A DNA stretch of 64,000 nt from NCBI RefSeq assembly GCF_009914755.1, contig NC_060930.1. One strand, written 5' to 3'. Positions 12,531-25,448 of the stretch are shown in pieces. This DNA is from the human T2T-CHM13v2.0 reference genome, Homo sapiens. The notes beneath the pieces are model-generated. The model worked only from the letters and a program-made list of their open reading frames with translations, searched no databases and had not been told where the DNA came from. The position numbers and the translations under genes are program-made. The stretch's first letter is position 1, and the number at the start of each line of letters is the position of its first letter.

Positions 12531-12808
12531 GGAGAAAAAGTAAACACTGACCTTTCAAACACACTAGCTGGTCCTGAGGATGTGCGTTTTGTGTTAGTGA
12601 GGCATAAAGGAACCTCAGAGCGTTGGCCAAAAGATGTGGCCATTAATAAACTATGATTTGGGGTAAATGAGCCTCATTTTTTCAACTGTATAAGGGAGAT
12701 TAAAAATAACATAGTCCTCTGTGATGTGGGGGCAAATAACAAATGTTTGCTTTGGTAACTGCAAATTGTGAATAAATGTCACTGTATAGTTAAAAAACAA
12801 CAGCAGCT

Positions 12809-12904
12809 CATCTGGTCAGCACAGCACCACCAGCCTCCCTCATGGCAGAAACCCAACATCTGGTCAGCATAGCACCACTAGCCTCCTTCATGGCAGAAAC
12901 CCAA
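12809..12904. repeat. 48-bp direct tandem duplication
   Basis: CATCTGGTCAGCACAGCACCACCAGCCTCCCTCATGGCAGAAACCCAA twice (12809, 12857) with 3 mismatches. Confidence 0.9.
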
Positions 12905-13515
12905 CTCTGGTGTAGCGTCAGCACTGAACAACAGATGGAACATTAGCCCAGGACACATAGCGGATCCTGAAGACAGGCATTTGCTCGTGGGTTGAATTTG
13001 GAGAAGCACAACACATTCAGAGGGTAACTGTTCCTGATCTTCAAGGTCGTCCATTAATAAGTGTTCAAAGTTGGTTTGTTCTCCAGTTTTCGACGTATCT
13101 GTGTGTACAGTGAAGTGTCAAGAACTCCAGCCTCCACCGATTCGAGACCACTTGTCCTCTGTACAAATACTTAGCCTGGCAGCAGAGCGAAGAAGAGACT
13201 GCAGGGCATGTTTGTTCTCTGCAGACGCTGGCACCACCCACGAAAGGCAAACAACTGTGTCTGTGGAGCTGGATCCCCTCTGGTCACAGGGAACAGCCAG
13301 ACTTCCTGGGACAGGGGTCAGAAGGTGGGAGACAGGCAGGGGCAGCCAGTGAGGAAGGAACCAGGACGAGGTCCCAGTAGACGCCCGGGAGGAGACAGCC
13401 CAAGCGGAGGAGAGGCCTGGAAGCAGGCGGGCGCCCTGAGCCTTCATGTCCCCTTTGCTGGTAAGCAGCATCTGCCTAGACCTCCTAACCTCGCATTCAA
13501 GAGTCCACTGAGCAC

Positions 13516-13712
13516 GGGCATGGGGAGGGAGCATGTGGACGGCCTCTAACCTGTGCGCCAGCCGACGGTGCCACCAAACGGGAGGCGTGGGCTGTGGGTC
13601 TCCCCTTCTCACTGGGCATGGGTGTGGGGAGGGAGCATGTTGATGGGCCTCTAACCCACATGCCAGCAAATGACGACGATGCCACCGTGGGCTGTGGGTC
13701 TTCCCTTCTGAA
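13516..13712. repeat. ~98-bp diverged tandem duplication
   Basis: GGGCATGGGG...GAGGGAGCATGT...GGCCTCTAACC...CGTGGGCTGTGGGTCT..CCCTTCT occurs twice. Confidence 0.75.
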
Positions 13713-15671
13713 CCTGCATATGCAGCGGCACCTACTTCAGGGCATCTACAAGCCGCCCCTGGCCCCAGCACCACGACACCTCTGCCCCTAAGGAGCTGCG
13801 AGTCCCTGGCCCCCAGGCTTGCCTGGGCCACAGGTTTCTCATGGGAATGGGGATCTTCATAGCACCTCACAGGCCTGCTGTCCTAGGGGCCACTGAGACC
13901 ATCGCTGCAAGGCTGCGAGGTGCACCACCCGGCTCAGTTCTGCTGTGTGGTGGTGATAAGATGACATCTGGGGTTTTGTTTTTGCTTCTCTGACTTCCCA
14001 TCCTTTCAGGCTGGAGGCCCCTGACCCTGCTGGCGTGGCCAGGGGGTTGGGGAGGGAGTGCAGGGAGCTAACCCAGCTGACCAGCTCAGACTGGGAAGCC
14101 TCAGGTGGGTAGGGCAGGCCCGGGGCTGGGGAGGCTCCGCCTTTGACCAGGAGGCCTGTGGCAGAGATGCCTCAGGGGTAGGGTTTCCTGGCTGTTTATT
14201 TCTAGGATAGGACCGATGCCAGTGTCCCTTTTAGAAAAGCTGGAAGAAGCATTCCTGGGTGAAAGTCTGGACAACAGTACCTGCCTGGGCGGCCCGGGCT
14301 CTGCCCCCGCTTCAGCACCCGGGGGGCCCTGAGTGCCTGGCTGCTGAGTCACCTCTGTAGAGCCAAATTCCACAGACGCGCACCTGGCGCCAAACACCTG
14401 GCTCCTGGACCTGCCTGTTCAGGCGCTGTGCCCAGGTTTCTACGTGCCTGGAGGGCGGGAGGCCTGCTGGGCGTGCACGCGATCTCATCAGCACACTTAA
14501 TATACATGTACCCACACCCTGCAGGCGCGTGGACAGGCGGGTCATGGCCTGGTAGCAAGAGCACACCTGGAGATTCTGTGGTGCCTTAACTTTCCAAAGC
14601 ACTCTCATGTGACTGTCCCACGATCACGTCTTCCATCCCTGCCCTCTCAGCCAGGCTCCAGGCCGGGCTCTTCGCCTGCATTGGTGGTGGCCCCTCTGCA
14701 AACTCAGTGCTAGACAAGACAGATTATTGTATTTTGTCCTTGGAGGAACTGAGGCTCAGAGAGTGTGATCTACACACCCAGGCCACACAGCTGGGGTGTG
14801 TCACACAGGCATGAGTGTTCTGACCCTGGGACCAGCCACACCCTCCACCACTCTGGGCACTTCAGGCGAGCTCCTTAATCCCAGCCAGGCCTCTATACAA
14901 AGGTCTTAACTGTCTAGGCTAATATTTTAAGAAATGGGTGGATATATCTGCTTTAGGAAGCCCGTCCATGAATATCCATGCCTGTCCTAGCATGTAAATT
15001 GAAGGACGTCTTTCCATTGAAGAAAGGCTTTTCTTTGAAGAAGCCTTGCTATAAAGTAGAGGTGAACTTCTCGGCCACGTGCAGGAAGGATGGCTTACAT
15101 CAAAGCACATTTCACAGTTTAACCAAGAACTCTCATGTCTGTTAGCACTTGAACTTAATTTAAGATTCGATGTTGCCTTTCCTAGGAAAGATTGTACAAG
15201 TGGGTAGCTTACATTCTGCTTACATTCCAAGCACATTACTGTTCATTATTCAGCCATAAGTGCCATTATTATAGGCCCTTGATGGAGTTACATAAGTGAA
15301 ATGGGCTGAATTTCACTAAGTTTCTATTTTGCACCAGGGGTTTGCCTCAATCAATACTTTTTGGACAAGACCTGGATTGAGACAGAAAGTTGATATTATA
15401 CAAACTAAGGTAAGTTTGTGTTATATTTCCTTTTCAATTGGGACATTAGTTATTGGTTGTCACATGTACTCACACATAAATAAAATGTGGACTTATTAGG
15501 CCAGGAGGAAGGACAGATACGGGGGAGGAGAAGCTGTAACCAGAAGGCAGTAGAAAGCCCAGACCTCCCCCAGGGCCCTTGCTGCACTCAGTCCCTGTTG
15601 AGTCAGAGACAGGGAGAAGCCAGGGCGTAGGGGAGTTGGTGAGGGGAGCAGCCTTGGCGAGCGGGAGGTGG

Positions 15672-16412
15672 GGAGACGGAGATGGAGATGGAGACAGAGA
15701 GATACAGACAGAGACAGAGAGAGACAGAGATGGACAGAGACAGAGATGGGGACAGAGACACAGAGATGGAGAGACAGAGATGGAGAGAGACAGAGATGAA
15801 GAGATACAGAGATGGACAGAGACAGAGATGGAGAGAGACAGAGACGGAGAGAGAGATGGAGAGAGAGACAGACATGGAGACAGACAGACAGAGACGGAGA
15901 GAGACAGAGATGAAGAGAGACAAAGATGGAGAAAGGCAGAGACAGACAGAGACAGAGATGAAGAGAGACAGACGGAGAGAGACAGAGAGAGATGGAGAGA
16001 GACAGAGATGAGGCGGACAGAGAGACATGAAGAGAGATAGAGATGGAGAGAGACACAGATGGAGAGAGACAGAGATGAAGAGATAGAGAGATGAAGAGAG
16101 ACAGAGATGGAGAGAGACAGAGAGAGACAAAGACAGGGATGGAGAGAGATAGAGATGGGGATAGACAGAGATGAAGAGATACAGAGACAGAGATGAAGAG
16201 AGACAGAGTGAGACAGAGATGGAGAGAGAGAGATAGATGAAGAGATACAGAGACGGACAGAAACAGAGATGGAGAGAAACAGAGATGAAGACAGACAGAG
16301 ATGGAGAGATACAGAGAGGTGGAGATGGAGAGAGATAGACAGGGAGAGATGAAACAGAGAGACAGGAATGGAGAGATACAGGGAGAAATGGAGACAGAGA
16401 GAGGTGGGGACA
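15672..16412. repeat. GA-rich low-complexity tract (GAGACA/GAGATG units)
   Basis: ~740 bp of purine-rich GAGACAGAGATG-type repeats. Confidence 0.95.
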
Positions 16413-17204
16413 GAGCGAGCCAGCTTGTGCCACTCCAGGGCCGGGTTCTGTGTACACATGGGCACGGCATCCTGGGCCGTGCATTGCTTTCCCAGAGCGC
16501 GTGGCTGTCTGTGGGGACAGGACCAGGAAGAAGCCGCCTGGTTGCTCTCAGGCCACCTCAGAGAAGGCGGGAGGTGACTTCAAGACAGAGAGGACACCAG
16601 AGAGGCTGCTCCCAGCCAGCAGAGCCGAGCACAGGTGTGGAGCCTCGAAATGGCCTCGACTCCAAGGGGACTTTGGAGCAAGCCCAGCAGCGGAGCCAGG
16701 CAATGGGTGGGGTTTGTCCGCCAGAGAAGGGCAGAGCAGAGGCCCAGCCAGAACTTTCAACCTGAAACCCAGGATCCCTCAGACCCTCTGATCGGCAGAA
16801 GCTCCTTTAACTGGGAATTTGTTTATATTTCAAGTGAACTGTTGCTAAACGCTGTGTTTTAGGCTAGATGAATCAAGGCCTGGCACACCTGACGATGTCA
16901 AAGGGGGCCTGGGAGCTGGAGACTTCCATGTCCATGGGCAAAAGCAGGGTGGTGCTCAGGTGCTGGGAGGAGGTCCTGGGCCTCTGTGTCCTTGCAGCAG
17001 GAGGCTGGATGTAGAAGAGAAGGCAGCCGCCTGGGCGTTCAGTGCCGCCCGACAGACGGCCCCACCTCTGCCACAGCCCTTCCCGCCTGGTCCATGCCCT
17101 GCACCAACCCCAAAGTGACCTCTGTAAAACTCAGGGCCATTTTCCTGACGGAAATTCCACAATGACCTTCAATCTTAGTCGTACAATGGAATCTCTTGTA
17201 GATA

Positions 17205-17320
17205 TATATATTTTTAAATGCTCACACCTGGGCATCACCAGAAATTTAGGCCTCATTGGTCTGGGCTGGAGTCCGGGCACTGTTAAAAGCCCCAGGTGAT
17301 CCTGACACAGCCGGGTGGGG
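17205..17320. mobile_element. MER5-like hAT MITE fragment
   Basis: ATTGGTCTGGGCTGGAGTCCGGGCACTGTTAAAAGCCCCAGGTGATCCTGA. Confidence 0.55.
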
Positions 17321-17417
17321 TTGGCACAGGTGGAATCCCTCCTTCATGATGTCCCGGCAGCTGCTTGAACCACCCCAAGCATCATCTCGCAAACAGCAGC
17401 GATGATAATGAAATGCC

Positions 17418-18030
17418 CACCTGCACCCGAGGTCCTGCAGTCCTGCAGCCGCCAAGCTGGTCCACGCCTGCAACCGAGGTCCTGCAGCCACCAAGCTGGT
17501 CCACACCTGCACCTGAGGTCCTGCAGCCGCCAAGCTGGTCCACACCTGCACCCGAGGTCCTGCAGTCCTGCAGCCCTGCAGCCACCAAGCTAGTCCACGC
17601 CTGCACCCGAGGTCCTGCAGCCGCCAAGCTGGTCCACGCCTGCACCCGAGGTCCTGCAGCCGCCAAGCTGATCCACGCCTGCACCCGAGGTCCTGCAGCC
17701 ACCAAGCTGGTCCACACCTGCACCTGAGGTCCTGCAGTCCTGCAGCCACCAAGCTGGTCCACACCTGCACCCGAGGTCATGCAGCCACCAAGCTGGTCCA
17801 CGCCTGCACCTGAGGTCCTGCAGCCCTGTGGCCACCAAGCTGGTCCATGCCTGCACCTGAGGTCCTGCAGCCCTTCAGCCGCCAAGCTGGTCCATGCCTA
17901 CACCCGAGGTCCTGCAGTCCTATGGCTGCCAAGCTTGTCCATGCCCTGTAACCTGCTTGAAAGGCACTTTAAGACCTGCACCCGAGGTCCTGCAGTCCTA
18001 CGGTCCTGTGGCCACCAAGCTGGCCCATGC
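17418..18030. repeat. 39-bp VNTR (~13 units) with optional 8-bp internal duplication
   Basis: Unit CCTGCACCCGAGGTCCTGCAGCCGCCAAGCTGGTCCACG; some units carry an extra TCCTGCAG or CCCTGCAG. Confidence 0.95.
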
Positions 18031-18314
18031 CCCTGTCACTTGCTTGAAAAACGCTTCAACACCTGGCTTCCACATCCCTTCCTGGAGCTTCCCAGAGCCT
18101 CCAGTGAGTCTGCAGCTCCCAGCTCTGCACTGCCTGAAATCACAGGGAGACGTACGTGTCAAGGTGCGAGTGCCATGCCTGTCCTCTCAGGAACAGCATT
18201 CTGAGCTCCTCACTGTGGAAGCTGCTGTGGTCTCTGCTTCCACGTGGGCACAGGCCATCATGCAGCAAGGTGTGAGCGAGGACCCCACTCTCAAAATGCA
18301 ACACGCTTGACTGT

Positions 18315-18505
18315 CCAATACACACAAGGACTCATGTGCACACACAAGTGTCTACACATGTCCACACAGTACATATGCCCACACACACGGTACAGTCATA
18401 CACGTGCACACAAGTGCAATGCACACATCCATGTGTCTGCACATGTTCACATGTGAAGACGTGTTTGCATGTGTATTCACATGTGTGGACACCTGTGCAC
18501 ACCCC
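18315..18505. repeat. Degenerate (CA)n/(TG)n alternating purine-pyrimidine tract
   Basis: CA-rich first half switching to a TG-rich second half. Confidence 0.75.
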
Positions 18506-21209
18506 CCCCACCACCGTCACCACTGTGTCTCTGGTGGTAGTGAGAGGGTAAGGGTAAGAATTTCTGGATCCCACATACGATATCCTAAAGCAAAATGCCC
18601 TCACGCCTCCTCCCTGAGAGAAGACGCAGCAGCCACAGGAAGTGAGCTTCTTGGACAAGGAACATCAGGCGTCCAGTGCCCCACCGGCTTCCTGGTGCCT
18701 AGTCCCCTAAAGAGGTTAGAGGTGCTGATAAAATGAGCTGCTGTGCTGATGCCTGGGGTGACTGGGGTGGAGGGATGTGGGGGCGGCAGCCCTGTTGTCC
18801 TGGAGCTGCTCCTTCTCCCCGCTGCATCACTCCTGGGCCTCTCCTGGAGGCCTGAGCCATCCTCCCCAGGGCAGCCCCAGGCTGTGCTGCCTGAGCAAAC
18901 CCAGAGCCCAGCCCTCCCTCCCCCTGCAGCCTGAGGGCAGGGACCATGGCAAGCCCTTCTCCTACAGCCCCAGTGCCTCAGCAGCCTCATTTTCGGGGAC
19001 GTGCCAGCTCATTTTCTGGTCTGTTTTGTGGTGTGGCAACAGCCTCGAATCACAGCAGCCTGAACAGCCCAGTAAATATTTACACAAACCTGGGGCTGGC
19101 AGGCCCTCTCCTTTGTGGGGCTGCCCTGCTGAAAGGGAGGGGAGCCAGGCCGGCTCAGTCCCAGCTCGGCGCAGATGGTGCCTGCAGCACGCAGTTCTTG
19201 CGGGGACGCAGCCGGGATGCAGACGTGGGCTTTTGAAGCCCCCGGCAAAAGCTGGTGGCCGCTCCTGGCTGGGGTTCTGTGGTCTTGTGTCTGGAAATGT
19301 GGCCTGGGAACATCCCTGAGGTCTCCCCAGAACAGCAAGGATTGTCTTCTTTCTTATGCTCTTCATCAATGCACAGGCAGCCCTCTGAAGTCCTCAGAAT
19401 GCTCCAGATCTGGACAGTCACCTCCCAGCTGGGCTCTGGTGCTCTGGAAATCAGAAACAGGTTTCTTATGTGGTTCATTTTTCTCCATTTCCAGGCATTT
19501 TTATTGTTATTCTTATTAACAAATGACATCATCACTGCCAGTCATAGTAAGTGTATAAAAGTGCATTTATGGGGCATATCCATTGAGGCGTTCCCAGGAC
19601 AGAGACGGGCCAGGGAGGCCAGAGTTCTCCGCCTTCGGCAAAGGCAGCCATGAGTCAGTCATAAGTTAGGGTGACAGGCGCCTGGCGTCACAGGAGACCT
19701 CAGGCCACAGTCACAGGGAGAACTGGGCATCATCACCGGGCGCCTGGCCTGTGTGCCCCCATCCAACCAGCCCGAGCTATGAGCTCCTCATAACCAGCAG
19801 CCCGAAACCAGAGAGGACTAACATCTACACCTCCTCTACACCCAACAGGGACAGCTCACAGCGCCCAGGGCTCAATGGAGACCAGATGTTTGGGAGAGGT
19901 GGGAGAGGACATGGGGTGAGGCCTGCTGCTTCTCCAGTGAATAAGGTGGCTGGAATTAGGATTAAATTTGTAAGGGAATGTTTGGGCCAGAGGACCCACC
20001 ATTTCTGCGGTCTCTATCTCCCCCAACACCCCAAATGTCCAACAAGGATACAGAGCCCAGGAAAAAGCCGGGCTCAGGGAGGAGACTCGGAGGGCAGGTC
20101 ACATACCTGCTGGTGGAAAGCCAGGCAGGAACCCTGTGTGGCCATGACATCAGCACGGAAAGGCCCCTGGACCTCAGCCTGTCCCCACTGCATGGCAGGC
20201 AAGAAGCAGCAGCCCAGAGGTGGCCCCACGTTAGGGCCAGAGTCCCAGTGTGGCTCCCATCTCCTGGGGCAGCTCATGGCACTAGCCAGAAAAGCCCAGT
20301 CGGGGGATCCAGGGGCTCATGAGACACGAGACATTTGCTTCTTCCCTTGGACACTCCCTTCTAGGAACAGGGTGAGCTGGAGAGAGGCAACAGAGCAGGA
20401 GCAGGGAGCACTGAGGGTGGCTCCGCCTGAGGGTACAGCACACGTCCAGGGCTGTCTGCACACTGTTTCTCCCTCTCTTCTCACTCCCAATTTAGAACAA
20501 GTGCCCAGGGGAAGAAAGAAGAAAAGAGATGCTGCTCCTGCTGCCTGTGCCTCCTCCTTCCAGAGTGCTCTGCAGGGCAGGCTGCAGGCAGGGCCTTGTC
20601 ACCCTGGCACCCTCCAGTTCTCCATCTCTACCACTCCATCTGGACCCGTGCGCCAGCCGGTATCCAGGACCCCAACCTTTCCCTCTCCGTAAACGAGTCC
20701 GTGCAAATTCATGGCCCCAGCCCATAAAGAACAGGGTGTTTCCGTCTCTTAGGCCTCAAATGTTTTAAATGCACAGAAAGAGATAGTGAGTGTTCAGGGT
20801 GTCTCTGCCGCATGCATTCAGCAGGAGCTACCATGGCCGACCTGGGCACCACACTTCAGATATGTGGCTCTGCACAGTACAAGAGATTGGGCCAGTCATC
20901 ATGTCCTACAAACACACAGCACGGAGGCATTACCTACACCACAAACCCACAGGTGCTCAGGGACAAATGTTTAAGCTACTGAGGCTGCACCAGGCTCAAA
21001 CACAGATGGCATCTTTCAGATCACCAGAGGCAGTGTCCACCAGACGTGCAATTCCTCTGCAGGAGTCAGACCCCAGGTCACCCAGCTTGCTGGGAGGGTT
21101 CCTCCGGAGCAGAGGGAGACATGCCCAAGTCAGACTGGGGAACACCAGCAGTTGACTTCCGTAGCGTTTGCCACCAGTACCATCTTCCTCTGTAACTGTA
21201 TCTTCCCAA

Positions 21210-21760
21210 CTTCTTGTGAATATCTCCACCAGATGTTCCATCAGCACTTAAAACTCACATTTCAACACTTGATCTGAATTCCTCCAAATCCCACTTCTTC
21301 CCCTGGGCACCTTGATTCGGTGCTGGCACCACCATCAACCAGGCAGCCAGAACCAAACTTTGGGCTTCTTCTCACTCTCATGCTCCCATGCAAACCACTG
21401 TGAAGTCAGGTCATTGCTCTCTCTGAACTGTCTCCTAAAATCACCCCTTTTCCCAATGTCTACCCCTAACTCTCAAGGGAACCCCTCATCCCCATCCATT
21501 TTGGCCAGTCTGCCTGGCACACCCTCACCCACGATCCTTCCTGCAGCACAGAGCTTTCATACCCTACTCAAGTATCCAGCACAGGGAAGTTCTTTCCTCC
21601 TGGGTGTGGAGCCCATCAGCACCCGGGTGAGTGTCGAGCCCACCTCCATGGCACCCTTCTCTCTTGAGTCCCAGACAAACCAAGTGCTCCCAGCTGCCAC
21701 CTGGCCCTGCTTTTCTGCCCTGCCCTTTGCTCAAGCCATTTGCACTCAAAGTGACCTGTC
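21210..21760 (+). mobile_element. L2 LINE fragment
   Basis: ATCTCCACCAGATGTTCCATCAGCACTTAAAACTCACATT...GGCACCACCATCAACCAGGCAGCCAGAAC typical of L2. Confidence 0.6.
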
Positions 21761-23033
21761 CTTCAGGCCCAGCCTGCATCAGACACACTCTTTCCCAGAC
21801 CCAGCCCGCAACAGACACACTCCAAATCTACAGCAGAGGAGGCCTGGAAGTTGGGTCTGGCTGCTCCATCCAGGGGTCTTTGCCAAGCAGATGCTTGACC
21901 CTCCTGGGGGGCCCCACTGGCCCCTCCTCCTCTAGTTTACCTAGCGCGCCTGTGGTCTCAGAGTCCTCCACACCCAAATCACCTCCAAGAATCAAAACTG
22001 AAATTGGGGAAGAAACAGTTCGCATGCTTCTGAGGGAAAGAACCTATCCCTCTAGTTCCCAAATGTGTAGTCAACCCTGCCCGAGGGCTCCTGGAGAGAA
22101 GGGGAGGGAAGGGACGTCTGGACACAGGTCTCTTGTTGCACCTGAAGGCCCTGAGTCCAAATACAGTCTCACTGGGAGCTGGGACTTCAGCGCAGGACTG
22201 GGGGGCGCCATTCAGTCCACGAGATCTGCAGCATGTAGGGAGGGTGAGGTCGGGGAGCAGGCAGAGGCTTGTGCCCAGGCTGCAAAGTTTCTCAGCCTGT
22301 TGGGCAGGGATACAGCTTTAAACAAAGAAGTCCAGTCAAGAGCCCTGGCTGCTGGCACAGATCACCACACTGGAGATGTGACACGCCACCTCGCCATGGC
22401 GTCTGCCACTGAGAACGTCCCAAGCCAGGCCCTAACCCGCCTGCCTGGGTTTTTCACCCCGGGCTCTCTTCAGGGCCATAACCTCTTGGGATGGATAATG
22501 AATGTTCATTGATTTTTATTAGTATGTGAAAACAAACACATCTTAAGTAATAAATAATGTATTTAAAGTTATCTATGGTTGAAGTATGTATTACAAGGTC
22601 CATTTACATATGATCTTTAAAAATATTCCTATAATTTCCTCATTTGGCAAGTGTTATATGCACTTTACTCCACTTTCAAAGTAAATGTAAGAAAAACCCA
22701 TGGCTCATCAATACTTTTGAAGCAAACGACTATTTTCTATTTTATTTAAGGACTGAGTGTATGTTAGAAAATCAAATTACTTGCATGTACTATGTCTCCA
22801 AATGACTTTTATGATCCAAAGTTTAGAATATTTTTATTCAGATGTTTAAATAGCTGCTTCTCTAGAGATCATATTTTGTTCCCAAACGGTGCAAGGGACT
22901 TTGAGACATGTCTGAAACTCTTTCCAAACAGCACATTGATGGTGTGACAGCTCATATTCACAGTCAGCAAAAAGCAAAATGGCTATGACTACCATTCTAT
23001 TTCCCCTTTTGTCCATTGGATGTGAGGGACATC

Positions 23034-23160
23034 TTGACATGTTATGGAGGCATCTTGCTAAATGACTGACGTGTTATGTAGGCATCTTATTAAATGATTG
23101 ACATGTTGTGCAGGCATCTTGCTAAGTGATTGACATGTTATGTAGGCCTCTTGTTAAATG
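23034..23160. repeat. 32-bp minisatellite (~4 copies)
   Basis: Unit ~TGACATGTTATGTAGGCATCTTGCTAAATGAT. Confidence 0.85.
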
Positions 23161-23281
23161 GATGCAACTTAGAGACATCCTGAGATTTACTTGCAGAACT
23201 GCTGCAATTCTTTTTAGTACTTGCCGGCTTTCCTTAGCTTCCTCATAGCCACTGTCAATTTACATGGAATAATATATGACT

Positions 23282-23650
23282 ATGAGGAATAAAAATACAA
23301 TTCTAAGGCCCGCAACCAACTGAAATGACCTCCCCTTGGCCAAAGGGACCTCTGAGAAACCTTGAAAACTGAGTTCCCAGCCATGACAGAGGGGAGGTCA
23401 GACTTGCTTCGTGATCCCCCTCCCTCATTAAGCACCATTAGGCTTTCTTCCCTGAGGGCTACACAGAATACAGCCCCTTCAAACGAGACCATGCTGATTT
23501 CCACCAACTTGATGTCACCCCTCTCTTTTATGGTTTGGGCACAAACACTGACCAGCACTCCTTCCTGATGGGAGAGCACTGACTTCAGACTGTAGCTCTG
23601 CCGGGCCCTCACAGGAAGCACAGTGAGGGTTTTTGCATCCCCTGCTTCAC
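23282..23650 (+). mobile_element. MER4-group ERV1 LTR (MER39-like), 3'-truncated
   Basis: AATAAAAATACAATTCTAAGGCCCGCAACCAACTGAAATGACC...CCAGCCATGACAGAGGGGAGGTCAGAC matches the MER4-group LTR 5' motif. Confidence 0.7.
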
Positions 23651-24674
23651 ATTTCCCCTCCACGCTGCCCTAGGAGAGGTTCTCCACGAGGGCTCTGCCC
23701 CTACAGCAGGCTGCTGCCTGGACATCCAGGAGCTTCCATACATCCTCTGAAATCTAGGCAGGAGCTCCCAAGCCTCAACTGTTGCCCTCTGCACACCCAC
23801 AGGCTTAACACCACGTGGAAGCTGCCAAGGCTTACAGCTTGCGCCTTCTGGAGCAGCTGCCTGAGATGTATCTGGGGCCTTTTTAGCCATGGCTGGAGCT
23901 GGAGCAGCTGGGACACAAGGAGCAGTGTCCCAAGTCTGCGCAGGGTGGTGGGGTCCTGGGCCTGGCCCGCAAAATCATTCTTCCCTCCTAGGCCTCTGAG
24001 TCTGTGATGAGAGGAGCTGCACTGAAGTTCTCTGAAATGCCTTTGAGGCATTTTCTCCATTGTCTTGGCTATCAACATTTGGCTCTTGTTTACTTATGCA
24101 AATTTCTGCAAGCCAGCTTGAATTCCTTCCCAGAAAATGGGTTTTTCTTTTCTACCACATGGCAGGGCTGTAAATTTTCCAAAATTTTATGCTTTGCTTT
24201 CCCTTTAAATTTAAGTTCCAATTTCAGATCGTTTCTTTGTTTATGCAAATGAGCATAGGCTTTTAGAAGCAGCCAGGCCAAATCTTGAACACTTTGCTGT
24301 TTAGAAATTTCATCTGCCAGACACCCTAAATCATCTCTCTCAAGTTTAAAGTTCCACAGATCCCTAGAGCAGGCACACAATGCCTCCAGCCTCTTTGCTA
24401 AAGCATAGCAAGAGTGACCTTTACTCCAGTTCCCAACAAGTTCCTCATCTCCATGTGAGATCTCCTCAGCCTGGACTTCATTTTCCATATGACTATCAGC
24501 ATTCTGATCACAATAATTTAACATGTCTCTAGGAAGTTCCAAACTTTCCCTCATCTTCCTGTCTTCTTCTGAGCCCTCCACACTCTTCCAACCTCGGCCC
24601 TTTACCCAGCTCCAAAGCAGCTTCCACATTCCAGGGATCTTTATAGCAATGCCCCGCCCCTGGTACCAATTTTC
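23648..24674 (-). mobile_element. MST/THE1 MaLR internal region (truncated)
   Basis: Minus-strand ORF 24090-24695 (EGSEEDRKMRESLELPRD...GNWSKGHSCYALAKRL) is the MaLR internal ORF; GAAAATTGGTACCA follows the LTR. Confidence 0.92.
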
Positions 24675-25057
24675 TGTATCATTGCATTCTCCCATTGTTA
24701 TAAAGAACTGCCTTATAAGGGTGACTTATAAGGAAAATAAGGAAAAGAGGTTTAATTGTCTCATAGTTTCACAGGCTGTACAGGCTTCTGCTTCTGAGGA
24801 GGCCTCAGGAAACTCACGATTGGGCAGAAGGCAAAGGGGAAGGTGTCATGACTCCTGTGGCCAGAGCGGGACACAAGAGGCAGCAAAGGGTGAGGTGCCA
24901 CACCCCTTTAAATAACCAGCGATAACTCACTATCATGAGAACAGCAAGGGGGAAATCTGCCCCCGTGATCCAGTCCCCTCCCGCCAGGCCCTCCTCCCAC
25001 ACTGGGGATGACAATTCAACACGAGATTTGGGCAGGACACAAATCCAGACCATATCA
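24675..25057 (-). mobile_element. MSTA-like MaLR 5' LTR
   Basis: Minus strand starts TGATATGGTCTGGATTTGTGTCC and ends ...GATACA, directly abutting the internal sequence. Confidence 0.9.
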
Positions 25058-25448
25058 CACACCTTGCTCCTCTAACACACGGGCAAAAACATCAGTCCCT
25101 TCCAGAACTTCTGAAGGTTCACAAAACACCCTGGGGAAACGTGTGCCTCTTTAATTTTTGTTAGAGTTTAACTCTGATGTTGAAATGCAAGCATTTTGAG
25201 TGTGAGGTGAGGGAACACTTGGAAATTTTCTCAGTCGGCCACATGTGCTCTGGGACACTCAAAATCTCCCAGGCATCTCCACCAAGAGACCCAGCCCCAC
25301 AGGATCCTCTGCTAAGAGTAGAGGATTATCCCTCCCCTCTGCCAGAGCAGCAGTGAATCACCTTTCAGGTGTTCGGGGTCAAGCCATTTTCACCATGACT
25401 ACCTGCCAGAGCCTGAGGGTCCCAGCAGGACATCCCAGCTCCTGACCT

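Noticed and set aside
15470-16484. Leu/Ser-rich and Arg/Glu/Asp-rich ORFs
   Set aside because: GA-rich low-complexity tract
19751-22512. ORFs of 313, 207 and 293 aa in unique-looking GC-rich DNA
   Set aside because: No recognisable protein similarity, non-ATG starts, partial overlap with L2; cannot be supported without conservation data
24090-24695. 201-aa ORF as a gene
   Set aside because: Remnant of the MaLR internal ORF
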